A DNA stretch of 64,000 nucleotides from Lama guanicoe (GCA_013239625.1 MU054391.1:2819130-2883129); one strand, 5' to 3'. Shown: positions 10,890 to 24,487, counted from the first letter of the stretch. Translations and numbers: made by a program. The notes: generated from the letters alone by a model not told the origin.

Positions 10890-12710
10890 GTAAAATATAC
10901 TTAGAGTAAAATGCACCGATCTTAAATTTCAAGTTGATGAATTCTAACGAATGTAAATACCTATGTGCACACCTGTGTAATCATCATGCCAGTCAAAATA
11001 GAGAGTTTTCAAGCCTGCCAACAATCTGCTTCCTCGCTCCACAATGACCAGGATTCTTTCTGATCTCTGGGACTACAGCTGGAGTTTGCCTGCTCTGAAT
11101 TACATATAAAGGGGATCGTGTAGGTATATTTTATACCTGACATTTTGCACACGACAAAATTTTCGGAATTCATCCATATTGCCAATATGAGTAGTTCTTT
11201 TTGAAAAAAATCGCCGAGTAGCATTCCACTGTATATATGTCCAAATAATTGCTTCTAAATTTTTTATGAATTCTTTGGTTGATGGACATTTTGGTTGTTA
11301 CTAATTTGGGGGCATTGTAAACAAAGATGCTACAAATATTTTTATTCAGGTCCTTATGTGTGCATAGATTTTCATTTCTTTCAAATAAATGCTTAGAAGT
11401 GCAGTTGCTGGCACACATATACACACCAGGCAAATTTCCAGTGCTTTTAACATTTGCTGCTCCTTCCAGTAACAATCAGGGGCTCCAGTTGTTTAACAGC
11501 TTATGTTCAATCTTTTTGTTTTTAGCTGTTCTAGAGAGTGTGCAGTGGCATTGCCTTTAATTTTTAATATATATACATTTTTTTCTGTTTGTCATTTGCA
11601 TTTGGACTTGGTTGATGGCATTTTTGGCCAAGCAGAAACTGTGAGTCTTTATATAACCACATCGTTCTAATCGATGTTTCCTTGAAGACTAATGATAGTT
11701 AGCCTCTTTTCAGATGCTTTTTGTTCATGCATGTTATTTCCATGTGAAATGTCTATTTAAGTAGTTTACCCATTTTTAACTGGGTTTGCTTTACTTTTTG
11801 CTATTGATTTGTAGTTTTATGTGTATTCTGGATATAAATATTTTGCTAATTAGATGTATTATCATTTGAATTTTTTTGCAGTCTGCAACTAATTTTTTTA
11901 CCTTTCTAATAGATTTTTGATGAGCCAACATTATTAATTTCTATGAATGCAAATTTATCATTTTTTCTTTTATAGCTAATACTTTTATGTCTTACCTAGG
12001 AAAGCTTTGCCTACTCTAAGGTCACAAAAATTTTTTTTTCAATATATTTTTAGAAATGTTATGTTTTGTGTTGTGATACAATTATGTGATGATGTGAGGT
12101 AGAAGCCAAGTTAGTTTTTTACACAATTATTTCTCTATTTGTCCCAGCACCATATGATAAAAATGCTTTGGGCTCCTCTACTGAATTGCCCTGTAACCTT
12201 TGTTGAAAATCAGTGGAATACATCTGTGAGGGGTCAATTTGTTGACTCATTATTGCTTGATATATTTGTCTATCCTGAACTTATTGTCATGATTAGTGAG
12301 GTAATCTAATAAATCTTGATGTCAGATAGTGTACATCCTCCAACTTTGTTCTTCATTTTAAGATTATATTAGGTTTAAAAAAAAACTTTACATTCACATA
12401 TAAAGGGAATCAACTTGTCAATTTCTACAAAAATAACTTACTGAGATTTTGACTGGGAATGTGTTGAGTATATAGATCAAATTTGGAAAAATTGCCATTG
12501 TAGCAACATTGAATTTCCCAATCCATGAACATGGAATAGCTCTCTCTTAATGTAGCTCATTTGAAAATATCTCTCAGCAATGCTTTGTGCTTTACAGAAT
12601 AGAGTTGTTGCATGTCTGTTGTTTAGTATCATGAATTTTACATTTTCTTGATGACATTATAAATGGAATGTTTTAAACTTTTCTAAGTAACTTGCTATTG
12701 GTAGATAAAA
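10890..12710 (-). mobile_element. Old L1 (L1M-type) 3' UTR and ORF2 3' half, degenerate, possibly two pieces
   Basis: T-rich antisense L1 motifs gatggacattttggttg, cagcaccatatg, cctccaactttgttcttc, ccaatccatgaacatggaat; ORF 11170-11475(-) resembles the L1 ORF2 C-terminal region. Confidence 0.8.
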
Positions 12711-12714
12711 ATAA

Positions 12715-14340
12715 AATTAAGTGAAAGAGTAGAATTTTTGCATGTAATTGAAGTTAAATGGTTATCAGTTTAAAGTAGGAGGCTAAAACTTTAAAATGTT
12801 TTATATAACCTCAGTGATAACCGCAAAGATAGTATCTATAGAATATACACAAAAAGAAAAAAGAAAGGATATCACTATAGAAAGCCTATTCAATGAAACA
12901 CAAAGAAAGACAGTAAGAGACAAAGAAGCTACAAGACACAGATAAAATAATTAACAGAATAGCAATAGTAACTTCCTCTCTATCAGTTATTGTCTTAAAT
13001 GTAAAAGGATTAATTTCCCTAATCAAAAGACATGGACTGGCTGAATGGATTAAAAACAAACAAACAAACAAACAAAAAACCAGGATCCAACTATGTGCTG
13101 TGTATAAGAGACTCACTTTACATCTGATAGCATTCACAGGCTGAAGGTGAAAAGATGGAAAAAGATATTTCATGCAAAATTTAACCACAGGAGAGCAAGA
13201 GTAGCTGTACTAATGTCAGATAAAATAGACTGTAAGTCAAAAACTGTTAGAGACAAGGAAGGACATTATATAATAATAAAAGGGGCAATTAACCAAGGAG
13301 ATTTACAACCAAACCTCCAAGTTCCTAAGTATATGAGAAAGAATTGAAGGAAGAAATAGACAGCAACATAAAACTAGCAGGAAATTTAAACACTTTGCTC
13401 TCAATAATGGATAGAACAACCAGGCAGAAGATCAATAAGGAAATACAGAACTTGAATTTGAAAAGCCCCATAGACCAGTTGGTACTAACAGACATACATG
13501 GAGCACTCCATCTAACTACAGTACAGTATAAATTCTTCTCAAGTGCATGTGGAACATTCTGCATGATAGACCACACGTGAGGCCAGAAAGAAAGTCATAA
13601 CAAATTCTTCAGAAAGATTGAAATCACGCGAAGTGTCTGTTCCAAGCACGATGAAATCTAACTAGAAATCAATAGCACAAGGAAAACTAGCAAATCCACA
13701 ATATGTGGAAATAAAATAAATAATAAATAGATAAAACAAAAAATATGTTGTTTAACATACTGTTAAATAACAGGTGAGTCAAAGAAGTCACAAAGGAATT
13801 TAGAAAATTACAAATGAAATAGACACATGAGAATGAAAACACAACATATCAAAACTTACAAGATGTAGCAGAAGCAGTGCTAAGGAGGAAGTAGGCAGCT
13901 GTCAATGCATATATTAAAGGAGAAAAAAGATCTTGAATCAACAACCTAGCTTTACACCTTAAGAAACTAGAAAAAGAACAAATTAAGCCCAACACTAGCA
14001 GAAGGAAGAAATTAATAAAAATTAAGGCAGAGATAAATGAAATAATTAATAGAAGACAATAGGAAAAAATCTACAACATTGAGTTGATTTTTTTTAAAGT
14101 TCAGTAAAATTGGCCACCCCTTAGTTAGATTAACTAAGAAAAAAATGAGAGAAGACTCAAATGACTAAAGCCAGAAATGAAAGAGGACATGATAACTGAT
14201 GATGCACAAATACAAAGGAGTATAAAAGAAAATTCTGGACAATTTGGGTAACCTGGAAGAAACGGGTAATTTCCTAGAAGCACAAAATAGCAAGACTGAA
14301 TCATGAAAACATAAAAAGTCTGTACAGACTAATAACAAGT
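12715..14340 (+). mobile_element. L1 fragment: inter-ORF region plus ORF2 endonuclease to Z-domain, truncated at both ends
   Basis: Translates L1 EN motifs WKKIFHA, RARVAVLMSDKID, RDKEGHYIIIKG, GNLNTLLSIMDR, FFSSACGTFCMIDH with frameshifts; no 3' UTR or poly(A). Confidence 0.93.
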
Positions 14341-14344
14341 TCTT

Positions 14345-15080
14345 AGAGAGAATGTTCTGTACGATTTTTATTTCTTATCCTCTATGTGTTTGACAAAATT
14401 TAGCAGCAAAGATACCTAAGTCTGGAGAATTCTTTGTGGGAAGAGTTGTAGTTATGAATTCAGCTTCTCCCATACTTATAATTTAGTCCAATTTTCTAAT
14501 CCTTTTTGTGTCATGTTTAGTCAATTATGTTTTTCAAGGAATTTGTCCATCACACATTTTTTGGCACACATTGCTGATGTCCCTCTGTTACACTTTCATA
14601 TTCATGGGATTCTTAGTACCCACGTCTCATTCCTGACACTAGTCATTGTGTGTTTCTTTTCTTTCACTCTCGATCAGCATATTCAACTTATCAACCTTTT
14701 CAAAGAGCCAAATTTCAGCTTTGATAATTTTTATATTATTTGCATTCTATATCATTAATTTCAGTTTCCATTATTTTTTTCCTTACTTATTTTAGATATG
14801 ATTTGTACATTTTTTCCCCTAACTTCTACTCTGTAATCTTAGATTTTTTATTCTTCTTTGAAACTTTCTTCAGTATAAACATCTAGAGAATAACTTTCCC
14901 TCTAAAGTCTGCCTTAGGAACATCCTCCACATACTATATGTTTTGTTTAATTTTCAGTTAGTTTGAAACATTTTTTGATTTTCCTTCTTGGTGATTTTTT
15001 TCTTTGATGCAGGAATTATTATGAAATGTGGTGTTTTTTCCAATTTGTAGGGTTTTGTTTTCTATTTCTGAAATTGATGA
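14345..15080 (-). mobile_element. Old L1 ORF2 fragment (post-EN/Z region)
   Basis: Antisense caaggaatttgtccat (MDKFLE-like), ttttcaaagagccaa; T-rich. Confidence 0.75.
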
Positions 15081-15084
15081 TTTT

Positions 15085-15678
15085 TAAAATATTTCTATTT
15101 TATTTTTATCTTTTATTTTTATTTTTTCCCTTTGTATTTTTTTTGAAGTATGGTCAGTTTACAATGTTGTGTCAATTTCTGGCGCACAGTATAACGTTTC
15201 AGTCATACATGTATACACACGTATATTTGTTTTGATGTTCTTTTCCATTATAGGGTACCGCAAGGTGTTGAATAGAGTTCCCTGTGCTCTACAGTACAAA
15301 CTTGTTGGTTATCTATTTTATTAACAGTCATTAGTATCTGCAAATCTCAAAGTCTTAATTTATCCCTTCCCACCCCCTCTCCCCTTGGTAACTGTAAATT
15401 TGTTTTCTGTGTTTTCTCTGTCTGTCTGTTTCTGTTTTGTAAATAAATTCATGTGTGCCTTTTTTTTTAATATTTCACATATGAGTGATATCATGTGGTA
15501 TTTTTCTTTCCATTTCTGACTTACTTCACTTAGTATGACAATCTCCAGGTCCATCTGTGTTGCTGAAAATGGCATTATTTTATTCTTTTTCATGGCTGAG
15601 TAGTATTCCATTGTATAAGTATACCACAACGTCTTTATCCAGTCATCCCTCAGTGGACATTTAGGTTGTTTTCATGTT
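15085..15678 (-). mobile_element. Younger camelid/cetartiodactyl L1 3' end nested in the older L1
   Basis: ORF 15360-15629(-) MWYTYTMEYYSAMKKNKIMPFSATQMDLEIVILSEVSQ; T-rich tail at about 15085-15145; 3' UTR ttgaagtatggtcagtttacaatgttgtg. Confidence 0.92.
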
Positions 15679-15679
15679 G

Positions 15680-16100
15680 TTGATTTCTAATTCAAGTGTT
15701 TGTGATGAGAGAACATAATCTGTAAGATTTCAAACTTCCCAAAATTTATTGGGGTTTATTTGATGGCCCAGCCTATATTTTATCTTGGTGACTCATCAAT
15801 GAGCACTTGAAAATAAGATATTCTGCTAGTTTTAGATGTATTGTCCTGTACCGTCAAGTAGACTAATTCAATTGATGACATCATTCAATATTCTACGTCC
15901 TTATGCATCTTGTACCTATTTGTGGTATGAAATACTGAGAAAGATGTTGTTGACCTCTCTCTACGAGTCTGCCTTTTCTCTATTCTATGTGTCCCTTAAC
16001 TTCTAACATTTCCCCCATGTGTTTTGAAGCTCTGCTATTGCACATACACATATTTGGGATTGTTATTCTTTTCTGATCATTGACCATTTTGTTCATAGGA
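15680..16100 (-). mobile_element. Old L1 ORF2 EN fragment (continuation of 14345-15080)
   Basis: Antisense EN-region motifs gcacttgaaaataagatattctgct and ttttgaagctctgctattgcacatacacatatttgggattgtt. Confidence 0.75.
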
Positions 16101-17404
16101 AAGATGGCCTTTAGCTGTGAACGTGGAAAGATCATTGGAAGATGAGTTAACCTTCTATTAGTGAGGTTCCCTAGTCCCTGTGACACACTCTGAACACTGG
16201 TATCTTGGTCTGCTGAGGTCTGCACGTTATTCTGCTGCTCTGTCTGCGGGGGATGGAGAGAAACAGGGAGAAAGGCTGCAGCTGCTGTAACAGGGTTTTC
16301 CCGTTACATCTTGGGAAGCTGAGCCCAGAGTGGAAGGCTCTCAGGTGCTTCTCTCAGTGTTGGGGGATCTTTTACGTCTGCTTTTCCTGTTCTAAGAAAG
16401 TAGTCAGATCTCAGGAGGAAGGAATCTTGAGCCCAGAGCATAGATCTCAGTGATAAAGTCTGTGCCAAGATGAGCTGTAGGGTGAATATACAGTAATTTG
16501 TTACTAACGACAAATTATTCACATCTCAAATGAATGTTTACACAATCACAGCAGAATTAAGGTATCACATCTTAACATCACCATTGTGGCTGCATCCAGA
16601 AAGAATGATGCTGGAGGCATCAAACTTTCCTGCTGCTTTTTGGACACAACCCTCCTTTCTTCACCCAAATTTGAGGTACAGTCGGAAGCCCCATGCTGGA
16701 TGATGTTAAAGGAACTGCTTCTTTCAGGAAGTAATAACTGAGTTCTTGTTCAAGAAACCACTTCTCAGTAAATATTTCCACCACATTGTCTCAGTTTTCA
16801 AAAGATCCCCTGGCAGAAAAGAGGCCAAAGGGAGTTACGGCAAATCAGCTCCTGAGTAATTCAGACTGATTGCTTTCCTCCATGCTTTGTAGAGATGCTC
16901 TGAGCAAAGCAAAGGGGAAGGGAAGGCTTAGAATCCTGGAGAAGAAATTAAACCTAGAGGGTCCCAAATTTTCTGGGAGAAACCCAATCCCGCTGTCATT
17001 GATTTCAGAATATTTTAGATTGTCACTCTCACATTTTGGCAGAGGAGATAGCTTCTTACAGATAGGAACTGAGAACCACTGAATGTTGTTTTTCTTTCCC
17101 GAAAATCTCCCTCATCTCTGTTAATGGCCCTCTCCCCGAGCTAAAATTCCTAGAATTACTCATTCTTTCAGATTAAGACCTTGAAAACCACGGTTATAAA
17201 CTAATCTGTGTCAACAAACATGTGCTTAACCCATACTGTGCTCTGGACAGATTCATACTAGGTTCACTCCCCAGGCCTCTGCAGAGCTGGGGGGAAGGGA
17301 TGAAGAGCACTGAACATACACAGTGCTTTACAGAAACAAACACACAAGGAGGGGCGGAGACGGAGACTGCAAACGGAGCGTGGTGGAAGAGAGCTAGCAT
17401 CTGT

Positions 17405-17600
17405 TGCTAATAGTGCTAGCCTGCACACCGTGCTAAGATGCCTAAGACATCTGACGCTTTTTCTTCCTGAAACAAGCCCACAGGCAGGTCCACATTACAG
17501 ATCCCATTCCAGAGCTGGGGCTACTGAGGCTGAATCCAAAGGACCTGTTGCTGCCACAGCCAGTGCCAGAGCAGGGCTTTGAGCCCCCTTCTGTCTAGAA
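17405..17600 (-). mobile_element. MIR SINE fragment
   Basis: cccattccagagctgggg...actgaggct...agagcagggctttgagccc follows the antisense MIR pattern. Confidence 0.5.
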
Positions 17601-18709
17601 CTTCTGCCACAGCAAAATGGAAAAGGGCCCTGGGGGCAGTGTTTTAAAGCAAAGCTCAAGAGGGTTCAATTTTTTTTAATATATATAAAGGGTAGTGATA
17701 TAAGCATTGCAGGATACTCAAAGGCACACCCTCCACGTGGGAATAACGTTGTGCAGCAACTGTCTGACTATGTGAGCAGCTAAGGAGACAGGAGCACCAT
17801 CCAGAAGGTCTGAGTTTCATTGGTTGGAATGCACATCACCGTTAGCGCTGCTCATTCTTGCAAACAATAAGGCAGAGCCTTTAGGTAGAGAGGACCCAGA
17901 CCCGGGACCCCAGGCACAGGACAGGGTTTGGCTGACTCTGTGGGTGTGACATGTCGGGTGGAGTTTCAGGCACCTATGCAGGTGGGCAGAAAGACAGAAT
18001 GCAGGTCTGCCTGGATCCTGGCTACTCAGAGAACATAGAAACTGGGCCTTCCCCCGAGGGTTGTGCCAGAAATCTCAGCTCACAGCACGGAGGACAACAG
18101 ATTTCTGATGCTCTCAGGGAACATTTTGCCACTGGCTCTCATTTTAGGTGTTCGCAGGGGATTCCTGTGGCTGGTGGGTGGCTGGGGCAGGAGGGGGGGG
18201 GCAAATGCGGTGCTGGGGGTCCCTGGGCAGAGTGCCAGCGAGGGCCAGAGCCGGCAGGCGGTGCTGAGTGGATGAGGCCAGGGCATCAGGCGAGGCCCCA
18301 GGAGGGTTTCTAGCTCCTGCGGCCTGAGCCCTGAGGAGTGAAGGGACCCAGTCTGGTGCGTGCTGGAGGGAAGGACGGAGCGTGCGGACGACCGCAGAGC
18401 CCAGCAGAAGGGTGAGAGGAGAACTCTGCCTAGTGCGGAAAAGAGAGCGTCCCGGGCAGGGGGAAGCTGAGGCCGCGGGAAGGCACGTGGCTTCGCCCAC
18501 GCCAGCCGGCCGGGAAGAGGCTGGAGCAGGACTCCGGGCTGGACCGTCTGCTCCTGAAGCCCGCGCGCGCGCCCGCTGCCCTGCTCTGCCTGGGAGAGGT
18601 CTTGCGACAGTACAGTCCGCGTGTCATCTGTTGTCAGGGTGGTTCGGGGCATCCTTGGGGGACAGAATGTGCTCTCTCTGTGAACTCTAAGATTTAAGAT
18701 CTGTGGGGG

Positions 18710-18870
18710 TCCTACCATACAGCCCAAGGAACTATATTCAATAATTTGTAATAGCCTATAATGAAAAAGAATCTGAAAAGGCATGCATACATATACGCGT
18801 GTGTGTGTGACTGAATCGCTGTGCGGTACGCCAGAAACTAACACGCTGTGAATCAACTGCACGTCAATAG
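18710..18870 (+). mobile_element. Short L1 3' terminal fragment
   Basis: ggaactatattcaataatttgtaatagcctataatgaaaaagaatctgaaaa...actgaatcgctgtgc...aatcaactgcacgtcaat; homologous to 60050-60190. Confidence 0.88.
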
Positions 18871-19124
18871 GGAGCAATCTGTGAGGAATGAGAATGGCAA
18901 GCAGTTTGTCGGGCTGGTCGTTTACCTGCGAATCTATAATAATCGATGACAAAATATCTCATTGCTTCTGAATTTGAAGCAAACGTTTTTTATCTCAGTC
19001 TCAGAAATTCGATTTTTGCTTTCATTTAAATGGAGGCGAGACCACGCTTACCACCGCTATTATTACTGTGTTGTTGTTGTTGTGTTGTGGTGGTGGTGGT
19101 GGTGGCGGTGGTGTTGCTGTTACA

Positions 19125-19472
19125 TGGTGTCAATCTGCTCCAGCTGCTATGAACTACCACAGACTGTAGGTTTAAATGACCAAAATTTACATCTCACGGT
19201 TCTGGAAGCTGGAAGTCCAAATTGAGGGCAGCCAGTTCCATTCCTGGGGAAAGAGTCTTCTTCCTGGTGTGCGGACCTCATCTTCTTGTGTCTCCCTTAG
19301 CAAAGAGTGGAGAGAAGCAATCACTTCCTTCCGGGGCGCTAATCCCATCGTGGAGGCCTCACTCTCAGGAACCAGTCACCTCCCAGAGGCCCAGCATCCA
19401 ACACCATCACACTGGCAACTAGAGTTTCAGCATAGGATTTCTGGGGGGCACAAACATGCAGTCCATACCACA
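19125..19472 (-). mobile_element. MaLR solo LTR, MLT1A-type
   Basis: tctcacggttctggaagctggaagtccaa...gcacaaacatgcagtccataccaca; reverse-complement homolog of 8555-8920. Confidence 0.85.
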
Positions 19473-19969
19473 TGGGAAGAAGGACATTTAAGCAAACAAG
19501 GAGCACAGTACAACATGACAGTTGTGTAGTGGAGGCGTGTGTACAGGGATAAAATCTACCCAAGGAGTCGGGGGGCTTCCTGGAAGAGGAAGCATCTTTC
19601 CCCAGGAAGAGCGGCCAAACAGATGAACAAGCAGAGAGAGTCCAGACAGAGATAGCACAGGGGCACAGGGGAGCACGGGTGTCTGGAAACTCCGAGTGAG
19701 GTCAGAACGTGGGAGCACCACGTGCCAGGTGGAGGTGATGGGAGATTCTGCAGGACAGGGAGGAGGGGAGCCACTGAGGAGGTCTTGAGCCAGAAAATAA
19801 TGGTGCAGATTCATGTTCCCACAGCTCTTTGTGTGGCAGAGCGGTTAATGGACTGGAAACCATCCTGAACGCTGGAGAACCAACTAGCCAGACGACGGAG
19901 AGGTCAGAGTCTGAAACGGGAATGACAATTAGGTGGAAAGGGGGGGGCAGCTTCAGGAGCTATTTAGAG

Positions 19970-20110
19970 CAGGGTGGCCAGATTTAGCTAATAAATAAAT
20001 AAATAAATAAAAGCAAGACACTGAGTTAAACCTGAACTTCAGGTGAACAACATGCATCCGCTTCTGTGTGTGTCTAAGCATGGCTGTCCGGTGCAGTAAC
20101 TGGCCGCACC
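19970..20110. mobile_element. MER53-like hAT MITE, one arm / internally deleted
   Basis: cagggtggccagatttagctaataaa...agttaaacctgaacttcaggtgaacaac resembles the MER53 terminus; internal (TAAA)n expansion. Confidence 0.7.
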
Positions 20111-21944
20111 AAGTAGAGGCGGAAAGTTGGCGTCAGAGAGAAAGCTAGAGTTGTTGCTAAAATTCAAGGTCTCTTCACTTCCAGCCTGTTTTTTCGCTGT
20201 ATCTGGCTATTTCACTCCAAAGATAAACTGGCCTGCCCCTCCTGGGACCTAGTTAAATTCACACTGTGGATGAGAAGCGACCGAAGCAGGTTCCAGCCAG
20301 CAAGCGCTTCCATTCACTGCCCCTCGAAAGCATTTCCGGAAACACGCACACCTACACGGTCCTGCGTCGATGCTCTACAAACTGCAACGACCCAAACGGC
20401 CCAGACTTAAGAAGCTTCCAACTGGAAACAGCCTGGCAGCCGCAGACCGCAGCCGGGAAATGGACTCCAGAGGCTGCAGATGGACGCGGCCAGGCCCCTG
20501 GGAACAGAGTGGACGCGCAGAGCACTGACAGCCTCCCTCCCGGAGGGACAGAACGTGAACTTGCAGTCCTGCAAGGCCACCAGCCAGGAGGAGGTCCGGC
20601 CCCGGTGCCCACGCGGCAGCTGCCCCGCGGCCTCAGGTGAGGCCGGGCCCCCCGCCTCTCTCTAGCCGTGGGAAACCCTCAGACCGCCTACTGGAGAGCA
20701 GTGTCTGGTTGGAGGCAGTTCCTGGAGACCACCCAGAAGTTTCCACAGAAAGCTACGCACCATCTGGTCGGAACCGAGAACACATTTGCTGAACACAGAG
20801 CTGGTGTTAGACACGAGGCCGGAGCCCGGGGGCTGGGGCTTATCTTGTTCGATGTGGAGGGGCCATGAGCCTGGAGGCCCCAGGGCGGTGCTTCTGCAGA
20901 CGAACAGGCGAGAAAAGGAAGTCGTTACCGTGGCCATTAACAGTGAAGGAATATCCGGAGAGGAACCGGGGGTACTTCATCACAGCTGGAAGCACCCAGC
21001 GGTCTGGGTTTCGGTGCTGGTCCTGTCACCAGCCAGCTAGGGGATCTTGGACTCTGTGCTTAACTCCTCTGTTTGCTGTAACATAAAATGTGGAGGTGGT
21101 CCCACACCAGTGGATTTTAAAAGCCTGTTTCCAGGAGCCTGAAGTTTCCTTTAGGAGTAAAATAGGGCGGATGGGCATGAGGCCAGCCCCTCGACATGCA
21201 GCCTTCCCCCACGCCCCTCCCAGCAGAGGGGGCACATGCAGCAACTGCACAAAGTGGGGGTCCTTGCAAAGTTTCTTGTGGAAAACTTTCCCTGCTAAGA
21301 AATATGCAGAAACATCAGTCTAAGAGATACTAGTACCCTCCCAGCTCTCAGTGACTGTGAGATTTTATTTTTCATCCCTTCAACTACAGCTTTTTCATAT
21401 TTAAATTAAACATTCAGGATGAAATGGGAACAGAGAGGCCGTTTCTTTGTGTTACAGAATTGAGGGCCATTGACAACGTGGCATCACTATCACGGTCAGG
21501 GATGGTGACAGGTGGAAGATTCTGAGGCAGTTGTGAGCTGCACTGTAAGTTTCATGCACCGAAAATTGTCTGAGCATCAGGGGACCAGGCCAGCGAATAC
21601 TCGTGCCGGAGGATGGGAGAAGGCAGGACAGACGGAGTGACCCTGATGGAGGAGCCTGGCTCCAAGCAGGGGTGCAGGGCTTGTCATAGTGACAAGACCG
21701 AGGTGGTGTTCAGAGCACAGGAGACACTGAAGGGCCAACTGGAACCTGAGGACATGTTGACCTAAGCAATCATATGCAAGTCCCGGGGGCTCCAGTAAGA
21801 AAGGTTTCCACAGCCACGAGCTCACACGTTCCACAGCAAGCTGAGGGGAAGCCGCGCCGAGATCAGTGCAGGGGCTTCCTTCATTTGTGGGCAAAACTGG
21901 TCTTGTTTCAGAACCATGTAGAGTCCCGCTTTCCCCTGCAGAAG

Positions 21945-22401
21945 TGCTACCGGAGGCAAGTCTGCGTGCCCGCTGCACCCTGAGGCCAAGCAAACTGAAA
22001 TGTCAGTGTTTGGAGCAGAGAAAGGTTTATTGCAGGACCGAGCAAGGAGGATGGGGTGGCTCGTGTCCAAGAAAACCCCGAACTCCCTGAAGGGTTTCAG
22101 CAAAGCATTTTCAAAGGCCAGATAAGGAAAGGCGGGGTCACAGGGTAGGTGATCAGCTGTGCACGATTCTGACTGGCTGATGGTGAGGGAACAGGGCGTT
22201 CAACACTGTCGACCCCGGGGCACCAGAAGGCCTGGGGGCCACGTGCTCTCCGGCATCAAGTAGCTCATTTCTCCCCTTTGGTGGTGGTTTGAAGCATCGG
22301 AAAAACTCAGGAAATAAGCACGAGATACTACGGTCTGGGTCCTTCAGAGAAGAGCTGCAGCAGAGGACATGGGGGAGGGGTATGTCCCTGCAAGCGTTAC
22401 A
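21945..22401 (-). mobile_element. ERV1-class solo LTR with 4-bp target-site duplication
   Basis: TG...CA ends (tgctacc...gttaca); GAAG on both flanks (21941-21944, 22402-22405); tttatt (antisense AATAAA) at about 22026. Confidence 0.88.
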
Positions 22402-23451
22402 GAAGGGACACTCCGACGCCCAGTGCGGACAGGCGTGGTGGGCAGGGAGCACGGCTCCGAGGCCTGACTTCACCCGCGCTGACTCGGTTGTCATGGCCAC
22501 GCTAGCCCTGCCTTCCCTTTTTATCAATTTCCTCCTATAGAATGGGAAGATGGGTAATAACACAGAAATGTTTATTATTATTAATTTTTAGTCATTAAGG
22601 TCAGATAGACAATGGATACACTGTGGTGTGAAAAGTGGTGAGAACTAAATTGTTTGGATGCCAATATGCAATGGCTGAAATTTAAATACTGCAATATTTT
22701 TGTTCTACAAGCAGGCTGTAGATAAATGATGTGATTTGGGGGAAAAAATAGCATGGTTTTCAGAAAAACTAAACATTCAGGAGGGGCTCTGCTCTCTTCT
22801 TTTTCTTTCTATCTGACTCCAGAGGAACCAAAATAAGTGTCGTGTGCAAAAGCAGGTTTTGCCCGGGGGCTCCAGGTCTGCTATTCCGGGCAGCTGGCAA
22901 CCAAGGAGTTTGCTGAGGATCTTACATGAAACAATTCTGTTTGCTTTCAAACCAACATGGTTCTGTTTTTTATTTTAACTAATGACTTTAAAATGAATGA
23001 CACAAGCTTAGAGGCTAATAAAGATCAGCCGTAGAAGGGGAAGGAAAAACTAGCTCAGACCTCATATTCTGCTGGAATTCATTTAGGTGCACAATGAGAA
23101 CTAGCCACCAGCAAACCACCCAGCACAACAAACAAAGGCTCCCTTGATATTAAAAGACAACCCAAAGCAAAAGCCCACCATCAAAACACAAAAACTGAAA
23201 AAAAAAATTCTAGGTGAGACAAGTATTCTAAGCATTTATTGCACTGAGAAGAAAATTATTTAATAGACCATGGATAGATCCCCCTCCCCTAAACTCATAA
23301 AAAGAAGCCATTGCTTTTTCAGGCGTCTGTCCTTCTGTATCTTGTCGGGTGCAGGGCTAGAAACACACTCCTGAACAAAACATTTCTATCCTGGGCGAAC
23401 TTGTTTTCTTGTTTGCCTGACCCTGTCCTTCCGCTCAGAATCGTGGCTGAA

Positions 23452-23552
23452 GTAGTGAAAATAAACATATATACATATACGCATGACGGGGACACTGTGC
23501 TGGACACCAGCAACTGACACGTTGTAACTGACTGTACTTCAATTAAAAAAAA
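23452..23552 (+). mobile_element. Very short camelid L1 3' tail
   Basis: actgtgctggacaccagcaactgacacgttgtaactgactgtacttcaatt followed by an A-run. Confidence 0.75.
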
Positions 23553-24135
23553 CTTAATGAGTGCTTGAGAAATGTTTGTTGAATGAATGAATGAGCAATT
23601 AGTGACGAAGAAGGACTCTTTTCTTTGTTGGTGACCCTCTGTGTTTGGGTTGCTGTAGGAAAGAAGTTTCTTTCACACTCCTGGGTGATTAGCTTCTGCC
23701 TTTAAAACCCTGAGACTGAATCATTGTTATTGGAACAGCATGATGACAAATTTTCATGTTCGGGGTGTTTCCCCATTGTAAGAAAAAAAACAGGATGTGT
23801 TCACTCAAGACCCGGCTCCAAGTTTCCCACATTTTGTTTGTTTGCACACACAGATGCACTGGGACTCAGGATGATAACGCCGTGAGGGAAAGATAAATCC
23901 TTGACAGTAATCACTCTGCCTCAGTCCTGATCCAGGAAACCTGCTGAGATGTCCTGTGCACACCCGCCCCGGAGAGCTGCTGGGTCCTTCTAGGATCTGC
24001 ATGTTGTCTTCTCCTTAGGGAAACCCAAGGAGTCCAACTCAGCTCATACACAGCCACGGTCGGGCCCAGGAGGGGTTCCGTGCTCTGCAAGACTGTCTGG
24101 TCACGTTTGATTCCATCACACCCAAGAGTATAAAT

Positions 24136-24487
24136 GTGCGTCTCAGTCCAGGCAGGATGCTGTAACAAAAATGCCACCGCTTAGGCAGCTCAAACAACAC
24201 ACACTTATTTCTCACCATTCTGGAGGCTGGGAAGTAGCAGCTCAGGGCGCTGACAGTGGTGAGGATCCCCTTCCTGGTTCACAGACAGCTGTCTTCCCAC
24301 GGGGACGCACACACAGCAGAGAGAGGACTCGGGAGCACATTCTGGAGCCTCCCTCTCGAGGGCACTGATCCCACTCCCCCCTCGTGGCCTCCTCACCTTC
24401 CAAAGACCCCACCTCCTGGCACATCACTTTGGTGGTTAGGTTTTAACACGTGATTTTTGAAGGGACACAAATATTCAGTCTATAACA
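24136..24487 (-). mobile_element. MaLR solo LTR, MLT1A-type
   Basis: cttatttctcaccattctggaggctgggaag...gggacacaaatattcagtctataaca. Confidence 0.85.

Noticed and set aside
18080..18952. 290-aa ORF on the - strand
   Set aside because: Runs through an antisense L1 3' UTR and a GC-rich tract; no domain similarity.
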